Below are positions 41,694-50,281 of a stretch of 64,000 nucleotides of DNA, piece after piece. Source of the DNA: Candidatus Omnitrophota bacterium (lineage in GTDB: Bacteria > Omnitrophota > Gorgyraeia > JAFGGP01). The stretch is taken from positions 16,625 through 80,624 of the forward strand of contig JAFGGP010000035.1 of the NCBI GenBank assembly GCA_016930485.1. The letters run 5' to 3'. Numbering within the stretch: position 1 is the stretch's first letter; the number at the start of each line of letters is the position of its first letter. Below the pieces are notes generated by a model. The model was not told where the DNA came from. It searched no databases and saw nothing but the letters and a program-made list of their open reading frames with translations. Both the position numbers and the translations under genes were made by a program.

Positions 41694-44080
41694 TTTTTTA
41701 TTTCCTCGTGCGCAAGAATGCATTGACCCAGCGAGATAGAGGCGTCATTGGCAGGTAAGAGGCGGTGGACAAACACCGCAAAGCCACATTCCTCCAGTAA
41801 CGCGGTTAACCTTTCAAGAAGAAGCATATTCTGAAATACGCCCCCTGAGAGCACTACCTTGCCTATCCCGCGCATCCGGCGTATCCGTTGGCATAGATTG
41901 CAGGAGGCCTCGGCAAGGGTCGCATGAAACTTCCCTGCCAAGAAGGCAGTCCCACTTTTTTTTCGTTCTTCTATCACGCCTCGAACAGCAGGCCTCAGAT
42001 CCAACTCCAACATACCGGCATTATCCTCGGAAAGAGAAAACGGAAATGACTCACGCACATCAGGATCGGCACACATCTCAAGCTCCACCGCCGCCTGGCC
42101 TTCATAGGTGACAGTATGCCGCAGGCCAAGAATCGACGAAAAGGCGTCAAAAAGTCTGCCGCAGCTTGAGGTAAGCGGTGAGTTAATATCCTTTGCGATC
42201 ATATCCCGGAGAACCCCTGCCTGTGCGCAGTGCCTGTGCGGTAAATTGGGCAGCGTCATCGTCCATGCCTCCCGGCCAAAGGTATCGTTAAGATATGCAT
42301 AGGCCATTTTCCACGGCGCGCGGATAGCCGACTCGCCTCCCACAAGCGGCACATAACGCAGATGTCCTGCCCGTTCAAGAGAACCAACGCCTCCCGCAAA
42401 AAATTCCCCGCCCCACAACCGGCCGTCGTCGCCGAAACCGGTCCCGTCAAACGCTATCCCGATAACTTTCTCGTCCCCCAGTCCATGTTCCGCGATGCAG
42501 CTGGCGATATGGGCGCGGTGGTGCTGTATCCTGAAAAAGCGCCTTCTGCGGTCAGCACCCTCTTTCTGCAGGGTATGTGCATACTGCGTGAGAACATACC
42601 GGGGATGAAGATCGTAGGCAATAACATCCGGCTCAAGCGCAAAGAGCCGTCTAACATCATCCAGTCCTTCTGTATAGGAACGAAACGTCTCTGCATAATC
42701 AAGGTCTCCGATGTGGTGAGAGAGAAATGCCTGGTTTTCCTTTACGATGCAAAAGGTATTCTTTGCCTGAGCCCCGAGTCCGAGAATCGGCCGCGGGATA
42801 GACTCTGATAAGAGGAGCGGCGCCGGGGCGTATCCCCGTGAACGTCTGATAAAAAATGTTTTCCCCTGTACCACACGCACCACCGAATCATCACACCGTC
42901 TGGCGATAGGCCGGTCATGGGTAAGAAAATAGGGGGTTATCCTTGCGAGGCGCCGGAAGACATCATCATCCCGATACGCGATCGGCTCCTCGCTGATATT
43001 GCCGCTCGTCATCACGAGAAGCGGCGGGCCCTGCTGGAGCAAAAGGTGGTGAAGCGGGGTATACGGCAGCATGCACCCGAATGTTGTGTAGCCTGGCGCG
43101 ACCGAAGGGGCAACGCCGTTCGGCTCCCTCTTCCTGAGAAGCACAATAGGACGGGCTCCCGAGAGGAGTAACGCCTCCTCTGCCGGGCCAACTTCACAGC
43201 AGCGATGAATTTCTTTCAGATCCCGCCCCATCAGGGCAAAGGGCCTATCCTCACGGAATTTATTTTTCCTCAGTTTGCGCACCGCCTCTTCGGCGGCAGC
43301 GTCGCAGCTCATATGATATCCCCCTAACCCCTTAATCGCGACGATCTCGCCCTGGTGAAGCAGTTGAACGGTCAGGGCAAGGGCCTCTCGCCGGGTAGCG
43401 AGCGGTCCACCATACTGACTGGCGGGACCGTGGCCTGCCGGCACTACGGCCCTGGCCGTACCGGTCAGATCATAGAGTTCGATATGCGGGCCGCACCGGT
43501 CACAGGCGTTCGGCTGGGCATGAAATCTCCGCTGCGACGGTGAGGTATATTCTGCCTCGCACTCAGGACACATAACAAACGGGGCCATGGTGGTGTTATC
43601 CCGGTCATAGGGGGCGGTCCTGACGATGGTAAACCTGGGTCCGCAGTTCGTGCAGTTTATAAAGGGGTAGGCGTAGCGGCGGTTGCGCGCATCAAAAAGC
43701 TCCTTGAGGCACTCGTCACAGGTGGCAATGTCCGGTGAGATAAGTGTATCCATCGAGCCCGAGGTAACGCTCGGGACGATGAAAAAATCCTTATAGCCAA
43801 CCGGCTCCAGGCGTGTTGCTGTCAGGTCCTGAATCACTGCATTGGCAGGACAGCATGTTTTTGCCGCCTCCATAAACTGCATAAGATCGGCCTCGGCCCC
43901 TTCAGCATCGACCAAGACGCCACGTCCATCATTCCTGACCAGGCCGGTAATGCGATAGCGCCTGGCCAGTCTGAAGATAAAGGGTCTGAAACCAACACCC
44001 TGCACAATGCCGCCGAAGCGGATCTGCATTCGTATGCACACATATGTGTTATTGAGTGCTGACAGATTCACCGATATCAT
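41684..44080 (-). CDS. hypF: Carbamoyltransferase HypF
   Basis: Acylphosphatase domain VQGVGFRPFIFRLA, two Zn fingers (CDECLKE...CTNCGPRF, CPECEAEY...CDRCGP), and YrdC and Kae1-like domains. The alternative start at ATG 44029 gives MQIRFGG. Confidence 0.94.
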   Translation of the reverse strand: MISVNLSALNNTYVCIRMQIRFGGIVQGVGFRPFIFRLARRYRITGLVRNDGRGVLVDAEGAEADLMQFMEAAKTCCPANAVIQDLTATRLEPVGYKDFFIVPSVTSGSMDTLISPDIATCDECLKELFDARNRRYAYPFINCTNCGPRFTIVRTAPYDRDNTTMAPFVMCPECEAEYTSPSQRRFHAQPNACDRCGPHIELYDLTGTARAVVPAGHGPASQYGGPLATRREALALTVQLLHQGEIVAIKGLGGYHMSCDAAAEEAVRKLRKNKFREDRPFALMGRDLKEIHRCCEVGPAEEALLLSGARPIVLLRKREPNGVAPSVAPGYTTFGCMLPYTPLHHLLLQQGPPLLVMTSGNISEEPIAYRDDDVFRRLARITPYFLTHDRPIARRCDDSVVRVVQGKTFFIRRSRGYAPAPLLLSESIPRPILGLGAQAKNTFCIVKENQAFLSHHIGDLDYAETFRSYTEGLDDVRRLFALEPDVIAYDLHPRYVLTQYAHTLQKEGADRRRRFFRIQHHRAHIASCIAEHGLGDEKVIGIAFDGTGFGDDGRLWGGEFFAGGVGSLERAGHLRYVPLVGGESAIRAPWKMAYAYLNDTFGREAWTMTLPNLPHRHCAQAGVLRDMIAKDINSPLTSSCGRLFDAFSSILGLRHTVTYEGQAAVELEMCADPDVRESFPFSLSEDNAGMLELDLRPAVRGVIEERKKSGTAFLAGKFHATLAEASCNLCQRIRRMRGIGKVVLSGGVFQNMLLLERLTALLEECGFAVFVHRLLPANDASISLGQCILAHEEIKKCA

Positions 44081-44097
44081 CCAAACGTTAGTAACGG

Positions 44098-44544
44098 TTA
44101 TCGATTCTGGCGCGCTGTATCAAGACTTTTTCTTCGTCCCTCGATGCGCGCGATCTCTTCCAGCGTATTTCTGCGTAACAGTTCGTAAAAACTGGTTACA
44201 ACGGCATGCCACTCCTCCTTAAATCTGCAGGAGTGGTCGATGGAGCACGAATCGCTTCTCAGAATACAGTCGTCTTTTTGAAAGGTCCCGTCAATAGCCT
44301 CGATAATTTCGAAGAGCGAAACGTTCTTTGGTTCCTTAAGGAGGTAAAATCCGCCGTTTATCCCCCGCTTCGAGGCAACGATCCCGGCCCTGGCAAGCTG
44401 TTGAAACACCTTAGCCATGAGATCGGAGGGCATCTGCCAGTACTCGGCGATCTCGCTGATTGTGCACAAGGCCCCTCCCTTTTTCCAGGAGAGATAGACA
44501 AGACCATATACAGCGTATACGGCCGAGCGGCTTATCTTCATCAT
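44098..44544 (-). CDS. Rrf2-family transcriptional regulator with a three-Cys motif
   Basis: N-terminal wHTH (SRSAVYAVYGLVYLS...ISEIAEYWQMPSDLMAKVFQQLARAGIV) and C-x6-C-x5-C (DDCILRSDSCSIDHSC). Confidence 0.88.
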   Translation of the reverse strand: MMKISRSAVYAVYGLVYLSWKKGGALCTISEIAEYWQMPSDLMAKVFQQLARAGIVASKRGINGGFYLLKEPKNVSLFEIIEAIDGTFQKDDCILRSDSCSIDHSCRFKEEWHAVVTSFYELLRRNTLEEIARIEGRRKSLDTARQNR

Positions 44545-44678
44545 GCCTCCTCTCTTAAGAGCTTTTTTTAGAAGGAGTTAGGTGCTCTGTCCGGAGATAG
44601 CCTGTTATATTCAAAGGGCAGGAAATATGTATGCAATGAGGGCTTCTCTGCGAAAAAGAGGACAAAATTTTCCTATTT

Positions 44679-44707
44679 AATATAGACGTTCAAGACTGGA
44701 TTGTCAA
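44679..44707 (-). promoter_or_regulatory. Sigma70-like promoter, TTGACA-N17-TATATT, upstream of rrf2
   Basis: On the minus strand the -35 is at 44707-44702 and the -10 at 44684-44679. This predicts a leader of about 130 nt. Confidence 0.45.
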
Positions 44708-44767
44708 TCTTTTCGTTTGAAGTGCTTCCTCAGGCTACCCAACAGGATGCGAACCGTCGCGAGGTCG

Positions 44768-45055
44768 TCAACGGGTGAATGATCCGCCAAAATCCTCGAT
44801 CGAGATAGCCGATAATGTCTCGGCCCTGAAGTTTCCCTGTGCAGCAATCAGGGCGCTGATCTTAGCGGCGCTGGAGTCGCTGGGCGCATCGATGACAAGT
44901 ACTAAGTCGTACCGTCCGAGCGTGGCATATGCATCAATAAGACGCGCTCCATTCTGAACAATAATCTGTGCGGCGCTGGAAAGAAGAACGGGAAATTCGT
45001 CTATCTTCTTCACCCCTGTTTCGGTAAGATTGGCAAGCTGGATAAATCTTGGCAT
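44768..45055 (-). CDS. GYD-domain protein
   Basis: MPRFIQLANLTETGVKKI...GRYDLVLVIDAP...ETL in a 95-aa protein. Confidence 0.75.
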   Translation of the reverse strand: MPRFIQLANLTETGVKKIDEFPVLLSSAAQIIVQNGARLIDAYATLGRYDLVLVIDAPSDSSAAKISALIAAQGNFRAETLSAISIEDFGGSFTR

Positions 45056-45195
45056 GCTTCACCTCCTTTTTTTAATGGGCGCGTGAATAAATAAGCATTC
45101 TCTATGAGAGAATCGCGCTGCTCATTCCGGGCAGGGGGCGATACTCGCATGGCATGCTAGAAACTCTTTTCTCTTCTGCGGTCGTCTCCGGCATC

Positions 45196-45408
45196 TCACC
45201 ACCACGCGCCTCTTTCATTGTAGGTCGCGATAAACCTCTCGATAGAGCGATCGTACGTCTTCTCCACATCCGGAGGAAAAAGACATGCGGGGAATTCTCC
45301 GCTTTTAAAATGATATAACAGGCAATCGCAACACATCCCCTTCCTGCTGCAGGGTTCGTAGGAACAGTTGCATTTTTTTATGTTTCGCCCAACCTTACAC
45401 TCTGCCAT
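45196..45408 (-). CDS. Small cysteine-rich protein (DUF6485-like)
   Basis: [44 protein letters not shown]. The start at ATG 45408 is chosen for its GGAGG SD spacing. The family name is from memory. Confidence 0.6.
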   Translation of the reverse strand: MAECKVGRNIKKCNCSYEPCSRKGMCCDCLLYHFKSGEFPACLFPPDVEKTYDRSIERFIATYNERGAWW

Positions 45409-45509
45409 ATACATCCTCCCTCCTAACAGAGAGACCCCTGACATCACAGATGTCAAGGGTCTCTATTCTCCGCTACCCATTACCTACGTGGTCTGTCGCG
45501 TATCGAATA

Positions 45510-47825
45510 TCAATCAACTTCTATAATGCAGTCTTCCCCGCCAAACTCGTTCGGCTCTCTGCTGGTACAGTCGGGGTCGGTTATCCAGCGGCCATCCGCA
45601 AAAAACTTGTATCGGTAGACGCCGGATAAAAGTAATAGATGTACCTGCCACCAACCATCCCCAGCCCTTTTAAGAGGATGCGACATTGTATTCCAGTTAT
45701 TAAAATTACCTGCGAGAAAAACCTGGTTTGCATGCGGCATAAACAACCGGAATTTGACGATTTTGGCACCGTAGTCTTCTTCCACGTCCATAACGGAATT
45801 GTAACCGCCGAAGTTGTTCGGCATCTTTGTCGGGCATTCAGGATCGCTTTCCCAGACCCCGTCTATCGAAAAGCCGTATTCATACTTCCCGGGCTCAAGC
45901 TCGATCTTCGTCTCCCACCAGCCCTCATCGTTCTTCTCAAGGGAAAACGGGGCAACCCAGCCGTTAGATGAACAGAGCAGTGCGACAGCTGCTGCCTCGG
46001 GGGCAAAAACACGAAACAGAACCGGCCGCTTTTTTGTCTCTATTTCCCGCTGCAGTTCCTGCGGAGGCTCCAGAACGGCACTCATCGTAGAAACGGAGAC
46101 TCCTCCCTGGCTGGTACTTGTTTCTTCCTCGATATACTGGGCAATGGCAATCTGGTCATTATCGGATATGTCCTCAAAATATAACCCGTAGGCCCGCCTG
46201 CCGCCTCCGGATTCCCCGGGGTCCTTGTTGTCCTTATTCCAGATGGTCTTTGCCGAAAGCCTTATAGGATCTGTTTCGGTTCCCAGCAGCAGTTCCCCTG
46301 AAAAGGTCTGAGGAATAACGGCATCTCTGCTTATTTCAAAGGAACAGCCCCTCTGGCTCAGATTGTTGATTCTGGATTCGAAAGAGGTGTTCTGCCCCTC
46401 ATCCCAACCGCGAAACGTCACACCGTACTGCGTATCAGCGCCATCCGGAATATCTATCCGGGGCCAACGCCTTCGTTCAGGCCCCGCATAGTTCTGTTCC
46501 CTGCTCAGGGCAGTGCTGTCCAGGGCATAGCGCGTTTCGGTAAAGCCCGCTGCTGTCTTTTCCTTAGAGGGCTGCGTATTCAGCAGTTCGCTCAACTCTT
46601 TATCCCTGACATGCAATTCTTCTTCGATACGATTGATTGCCTCGGCAAGTTTTTTCTCCCGTTTTGTGCGCCGGGCAATCTCCTCTTCCATCTCTTTGCG
46701 TCTCTGCTGTTCCCTGTCTAATGCCAGATTCCGCTCGGCAAGCTCCCCCTCAAGCCGCAGCCGCCTCAGGATCTCTTCTTCAAGTTGTGACGTCTTTGCC
46801 TTATGCTGCCTCTGTATGCGCTCAATCTCCCCGGTCAACTCCTCAATCCGGGCAATGCCCAATTCAATATAGCGTTTTCTCCAATGCCACAGATAGGCCC
46901 CGACGACAAACCCGAGGATAAGCGCACAAAATGAGATAAACCACCTCACAAATATCCGGGAATGCGGCACTGCGGTCAACCATCCAATAGAAGGAATGGT
47001 AGTTGCCTGCTCCGGGAACCATCGCGTCATTGGGGGTGGCGTGTAAACAGTCTGCCGGGTACCTTCTGCAGACGTCTTTGCCTCTGCAGCGGCAGAGGGG
47101 TCGCTCGGAGAAGACACGGGTGAAAAACCGGCATCTGCCGCAGCAAGGGGCTGTTGAACATCCTGGGCATCTCTTGTTGTCTGCATCACCCGGGCAATCC
47201 TGGTCTTCAAAACGTCGGAACCCACGTCAACCCCTGCTATCTTTAACTCCTCAGCCTCTAAGGTCTCCAAAAGGGCCTTGTCCTTCTGGGTCAGGGCAAC
47301 AAACTGCTGGTCCGGTTCAGGCGGGGCAATTTCCATAGCACCTATCGGCAATCCCATACCCGCTGCAACCGTCGGGTTTTCAATGATAATCAGTACGGCA
47401 TTGCCTTCCGTAATGACCTGGTAAGGGGTGAGCTCTACTAAATCGAATATAAGGGACTTCAGCGCGCGGCCTCCTGTGTTCAAAACCTCGGTATCTTTAC
47501 CATCGGCATAGTACTCGGCCCGTATTTCTTTAATGACACCCCGATTGACAATGCTGCGCACAGGAATATTCGTAACCACATTTTTCGAGAAAAAATCAAC
47601 GATTAACCGAGGAGGATTGCTGACCTGTCTGTGTTTTAAATCAGTAGCACCCGCACCCGAAGTAGTAATTAAAATCTTGGTGCTCTTTGGCACCCCTTCC
47701 GGAGACTGGTTCATACCGTCATCTACCTTTGCCTCACACAGCATGAGGTGCCCTCCAACCATGCAAAGGATAAAAAGTAAAAAAACGGGATGCGGAAGAT
47801 ATCTACGTCTTTTAACGCGCAACAT
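45510..47825 (-). CDS. Multidomain membrane protein: signal/TM - AMIN - TM - coiled coil - PilZ - 2x CBM48/E-set
   Basis: Domains are listed in the separate entries below. The second TM helix is IFVRWFISFCALILGFVVGAYLW. Charged heptad-rich residues span about 320-415. Confidence 0.75.
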   Translation of the reverse strand: MLRVKRRRYLPHPVFLLFILCMVGGHLMLCEAKVDDGMNQSPEGVPKSTKILITTSGAGATDLKHRQVSNPPRLIVDFFSKNVVTNIPVRSIVNRGVIKEIRAEYYADGKDTEVLNTGGRALKSLIFDLVELTPYQVITEGNAVLIIIENPTVAAGMGLPIGAMEIAPPEPDQQFVALTQKDKALLETLEAEELKIAGVDVGSDVLKTRIARVMQTTRDAQDVQQPLAAADAGFSPVSSPSDPSAAAEAKTSAEGTRQTVYTPPPMTRWFPEQATTIPSIGWLTAVPHSRIFVRWFISFCALILGFVVGAYLWHWRKRYIELGIARIEELTGEIERIQRQHKAKTSQLEEEILRRLRLEGELAERNLALDREQQRRKEMEEEIARRTKREKKLAEAINRIEEELHVRDKELSELLNTQPSKEKTAAGFTETRYALDSTALSREQNYAGPERRRWPRIDIPDGADTQYGVTFRGWDEGQNTSFESRINNLSQRGCSFEISRDAVIPQTFSGELLLGTETDPIRLSAKTIWNKDNKDPGESGGGRRAYGLYFEDISDNDQIAIAQYIEEETSTSQGGVSVSTMSAVLEPPQELQREIETKKRPVLFRVFAPEAAAVALLCSSNGWVAPFSLEKNDEGWWETKIELEPGKYEYGFSIDGVWESDPECPTKMPNNFGGYNSVMDVEEDYGAKIVKFRLFMPHANQVFLAGNFNNWNTMSHPLKRAGDGWWQVHLLLLSGVYRYKFFADGRWITDPDCTSREPNEFGGEDCIIEVD
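45513..46031 (-). other. Two tandem CBM48 / AMPK-beta-type glycogen-binding-like modules
   Basis: The first module is VLFRVFAPEAAAVALLCSSNGW...GWWETKIELEPGKYEYGFSIDGVWESDP. The second is VKFRLFMPHANQVFLAGNFNNWN...GWWQVHLLLLSGVYRYKFFADGRWITDP. Confidence 0.6.
46128..46481 (-). other. PilZ domain (about aa 449-566)
   Basis: RRWPR (RxxxR) followed about 30 aa later by NLSQRG ((D/N)xSxxG). Confidence 0.6.
47373..47684 (-). other. AMIN-like domain (about aa 48-151)
   Basis: ILITTSG...PPRLIVDFFSKNV...VIKEIRAEYY...LKSLIFDLVELTPYQVITEGNAVLIIIENP follows the AMIN pattern of PilQ/AmiC N-termini. Confidence 0.55.
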
Positions 47826-47845
47826 GAAGGTGCCCCCCTCTTTTT

Positions 47846-48634
47846 TTATAATTCTTCAACCACATCGTTAATCTTAATCTGAGAGTTTGCCCACCCGGGA
47901 AGTACTGTTGCAGCAGAAATCTGATCTCTTACCTCTTCAATCTGTACCTTGCCGATAAGGTCTTCTTGCCGGTATACGGAAAATATCGTCCCGACATCCA
48001 GAGCATCCTGTCTGCCGAGATCAATAACAACAAAACCAAAGTCTTCGTTTACCGAAATAATTTTTCCTGAAAGACGGGGCATCGATTTAACCACGATCTT
48101 TGCCAACTCAACGGTGTCGCTCGCCTCTGACTTAAGCTCCCCTATCTTCTTTTCTAAAATCTTGTTACGGTCGACCGCCAGACCAAAGCGTGTTTTAATA
48201 TCGGTTAGCTCGTCAGAAAGTTGCCCGATAGCAAGCCGCTCCTGTCCTAACTGAGAGGAGAGCTCCCGGATCTTAAGCTCCATTTCGCGTAACGTTGTCG
48301 TCGACAATTCAAGCTGTTCTTCCCGCTGGATAAGCGTATTTTTCAATGTGTCGGCAATATCATCCTTTTCCCTGAGTTTTGCCAGAAGGTCTCTTTTGAT
48401 GCTAACGGCCTCTCCCAGTTTCTGCTCGAGCTTCCTCTGCAACTCTTTTGCCCGGTTAAGATTGTGAACGAGAATCATCTCGGTTTTGTGAAAAGAGGCA
48501 AGGCTTCGTTCCACGCTTATGCGTTTGTGATACTCGACCTCCTTCAGGGCATAGAGATATGTCGAGACCGAAACAGAAACAACAGCACAGATAACCAATA
48601 GAGGAACTGTCATTCTTTGCCATTCTAATTTCAT
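47846..48634 (-). CDS. TM-anchored coiled-coil protein with a C-terminal beta-rich module
   Basis: MKLEWQRMTVPLLVICAVVSVSVSTYLY, then about 150 aa of heptad-like sequence, then the GKIISVNEDFGFVVIDLG...VYRQEDLIG module. ATG 48634 has an AGGGGG SD. The track start at 48661 is TTG inside a terminator. Confidence 0.6.
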   Translation of the reverse strand: MKLEWQRMTVPLLVICAVVSVSVSTYLYALKEVEYHKRISVERSLASFHKTEMILVHNLNRAKELQRKLEQKLGEAVSIKRDLLAKLREKDDIADTLKNTLIQREEQLELSTTTLREMELKIRELSSQLGQERLAIGQLSDELTDIKTRFGLAVDRNKILEKKIGELKSEASDTVELAKIVVKSMPRLSGKIISVNEDFGFVVIDLGRQDALDVGTIFSVYRQEDLIGKVQIEEVRDQISAATVLPGWANSQIKINDVVEEL

Positions 48635-48654
48635 GCCGTTACCCCCTGTGGTAT

Positions 48655-48693
48655 ACAACAAAAAATCCCCAAAGAGGAACTGCCTCCTTGGGG
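48655..48693 (-). terminator. Rho-independent terminator after the DUF1570-like gene
   Basis: The minus strand reads CCCCAAGGAGG-CAGTT-CCTCTTTGGGG (10-bp stem with one mismatch, 48667-48693), followed by ATTTTTTGTTGT. Confidence 0.6.
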
Positions 48694-48784
48694 AGTATGG
48701 TTATTTCTTATAGCGCGGTTAGTCATATGTTCTCTCGTTTAAAATAAAGTATAACAAGTAATTAAAAAGAAGGCAAGAAAAAAT

Positions 48785-50122
48785 TCATAGTGCAGCCACA
48801 AAATAAAGCCATTCTGTCTCCAGCTCCTCCGAACTCGTCCCGAGGGTCTTTGCCAAAAGAGCGCGGTGGGGCTCTTCCCAGAAAAAATCCCATGGCCATG
48901 CACGCTGGTTAATCCGGCGGATGAACTGAAAAAAGGCCTCCTTGTGGGCGTTCATTAAAAAATAGGCAAAGGACCAGCTCTGGGCATAAAAAAGCTCTAT
49001 GCCGCCTTCGCCGAGACTCAGCACATCTCTTTCGTTCCTCACGTCGTCCAGGAGTACGGCAAGCGGTATAGTCTGACCGTCCTCGATGGCCCGTTGGACC
49101 ACCTCTAACCGCCTCCTGTTTATCCCTCCAGTCGCGGGGGTCTCGCAGAAACACGCCAACCCCTCTAAGAACCAGGGCCGTTTCGCCAAGGAGGTCTGGT
49201 GCAGGCCGCTCGCATGAAAGAGCTGGTGGGCCCCCTCATGACGTATCAACTGAATAGTGCGCCCCCTCATCTGGAGTGAGGTCCTCACCGACAATGCCTT
49301 CGTTTGCCGCCTGGCGCCCTGAATTTTCTTCTGCATCCGTTTTTTATACAGGGTGTTGAGTTTGTCCGACTTCTTAAGCCGGGTCTCGAGTCTGTCGAGC
49401 TCGCCTTCCTGCTTTCTGACCTCTTCCTGAAACCCGGCATAGTCCTCGCCGCCGAACTGATTAAAAAGAACCAGCCGGGAGCGTTGAAAATCATAGTGGC
49501 CGGACGAATATTCGAGTGCCGGGGCATAGCGTCTGACATATTCCCTGTAGACGTCCCGACTGCTCAACACAACCACGTAACATCTCACGCCCGTACGTCC
49601 GTTATCCGTAAAGAAGGCATCGAACTCTTCGCATACGCCATTTGCAAGCTCTTCTAATGCATAGACGACCCGTTCGATGAAAAAAAAGTCCTCGGAGGTA
49701 AAAAAGGTGTAGCGTTCCCGTTTCATAATATGGAAATCGGGGAATTCACGTTTTATGGCTATCTCTTCGGCGGTCACGGTATAGTCTATCGGTCGCGCAA
49801 AGGTTATATCGGCGATTTCGTCTCGATGAAAGGAGGTAGACAGATACCCCGAATGACCGAACTGCTCCTTCACGCTCACCGTTTCCCCGTCAACATCCAC
49901 CTCCCCCTGAAAGATCCTGCCGTCAAGAAGCAACACCCTGTCAAGATTTTCCTGTTTTTTTAACTCTTCAATGAGCTGGTCACGTATATCATCGTCGCTG
50001 CCGTAAGCAGAGTGGTTGCCAAACAGGCAGCAGCACAGAGCGCTTAGGAGGAATAATAAGAAAAAAAGCGCGCGACACAGGTATGGCTGCGTTCGTGAGA
50101 ACAACGGTGTTGTTTTTTTCAT
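48785..50122 (-). CDS. DUF1570-like secreted protein with an HExxH-type motif
   Basis: Signal peptide from MKKTTPLF... and IRHEGAHQLFHASGL...PWFLEGLACFCE. The start at ATG 50122 is preferred because the longer form would cover the divergent promoter. Confidence 0.6.
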   Translation of the reverse strand: MKKTTPLFSRTQPYLCRALFFLLFLLSALCCCLFGNHSAYGSDDDIRDQLIEELKKQENLDRVLLLDGRIFQGEVDVDGETVSVKEQFGHSGYLSTSFHRDEIADITFARPIDYTVTAEEIAIKREFPDFHIMKRERYTFFTSEDFFFIERVVYALEELANGVCEEFDAFFTDNGRTGVRCYVVVLSSRDVYREYVRRYAPALEYSSGHYDFQRSRLVLFNQFGGEDYAGFQEEVRKQEGELDRLETRLKKSDKLNTLYKKRMQKKIQGARRQTKALSVRTSLQMRGRTIQLIRHEGAHQLFHASGLHQTSLAKRPWFLEGLACFCETPATGGINRRRLEVVQRAIEDGQTIPLAVLLDDVRNERDVLSLGEGGIELFYAQSWSFAYFLMNAHKEAFFQFIRRINQRAWPWDFFWEEPHRALLAKTLGTSSEELETEWLYFVAAL

Positions 50123-50184
50123 AATACCTTGAGAAAGCTGGGCAAAGAAACAGCGGACCCCACAATAAACCAAGGCCTCTCTTC

Positions 50185-50213
50185 TTGACACAGCAGTAGT
50201 GATATGTTATTGT
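50185..50213 (+). promoter_or_regulatory. Sigma70-like promoter, TTGACA-N17-TATTGT, for the cNMP-binding gene
   Basis: -35 at 50185-50190 and -10 at 50208-50213. A GGAGGAG SD lies ahead of ATG 50282. Confidence 0.4.
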
Positions 50214-50281
50214 TTATGTGTATTTTAAAACACATTTTACTCTTTTGAAATAAAATTCATGTTTAACAACGGAGGAGATAC

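Noticed and set aside
23920-44544. Selenocysteine or programmed frameshift sites in the hydrogenase genes
   Set aside because: All subunits read as uninterrupted frames with Cys at the ligand positions. No in-frame TGA or split ORF pair was seen.
44550-44572. CTCTTAAGAG palindrome followed by T7 as a plus-strand terminator
   Set aside because: It has no loop and there is no plus-strand gene upstream. It is more likely part of the rrf2 leader or operator, as noted under the Rrf2 finding.
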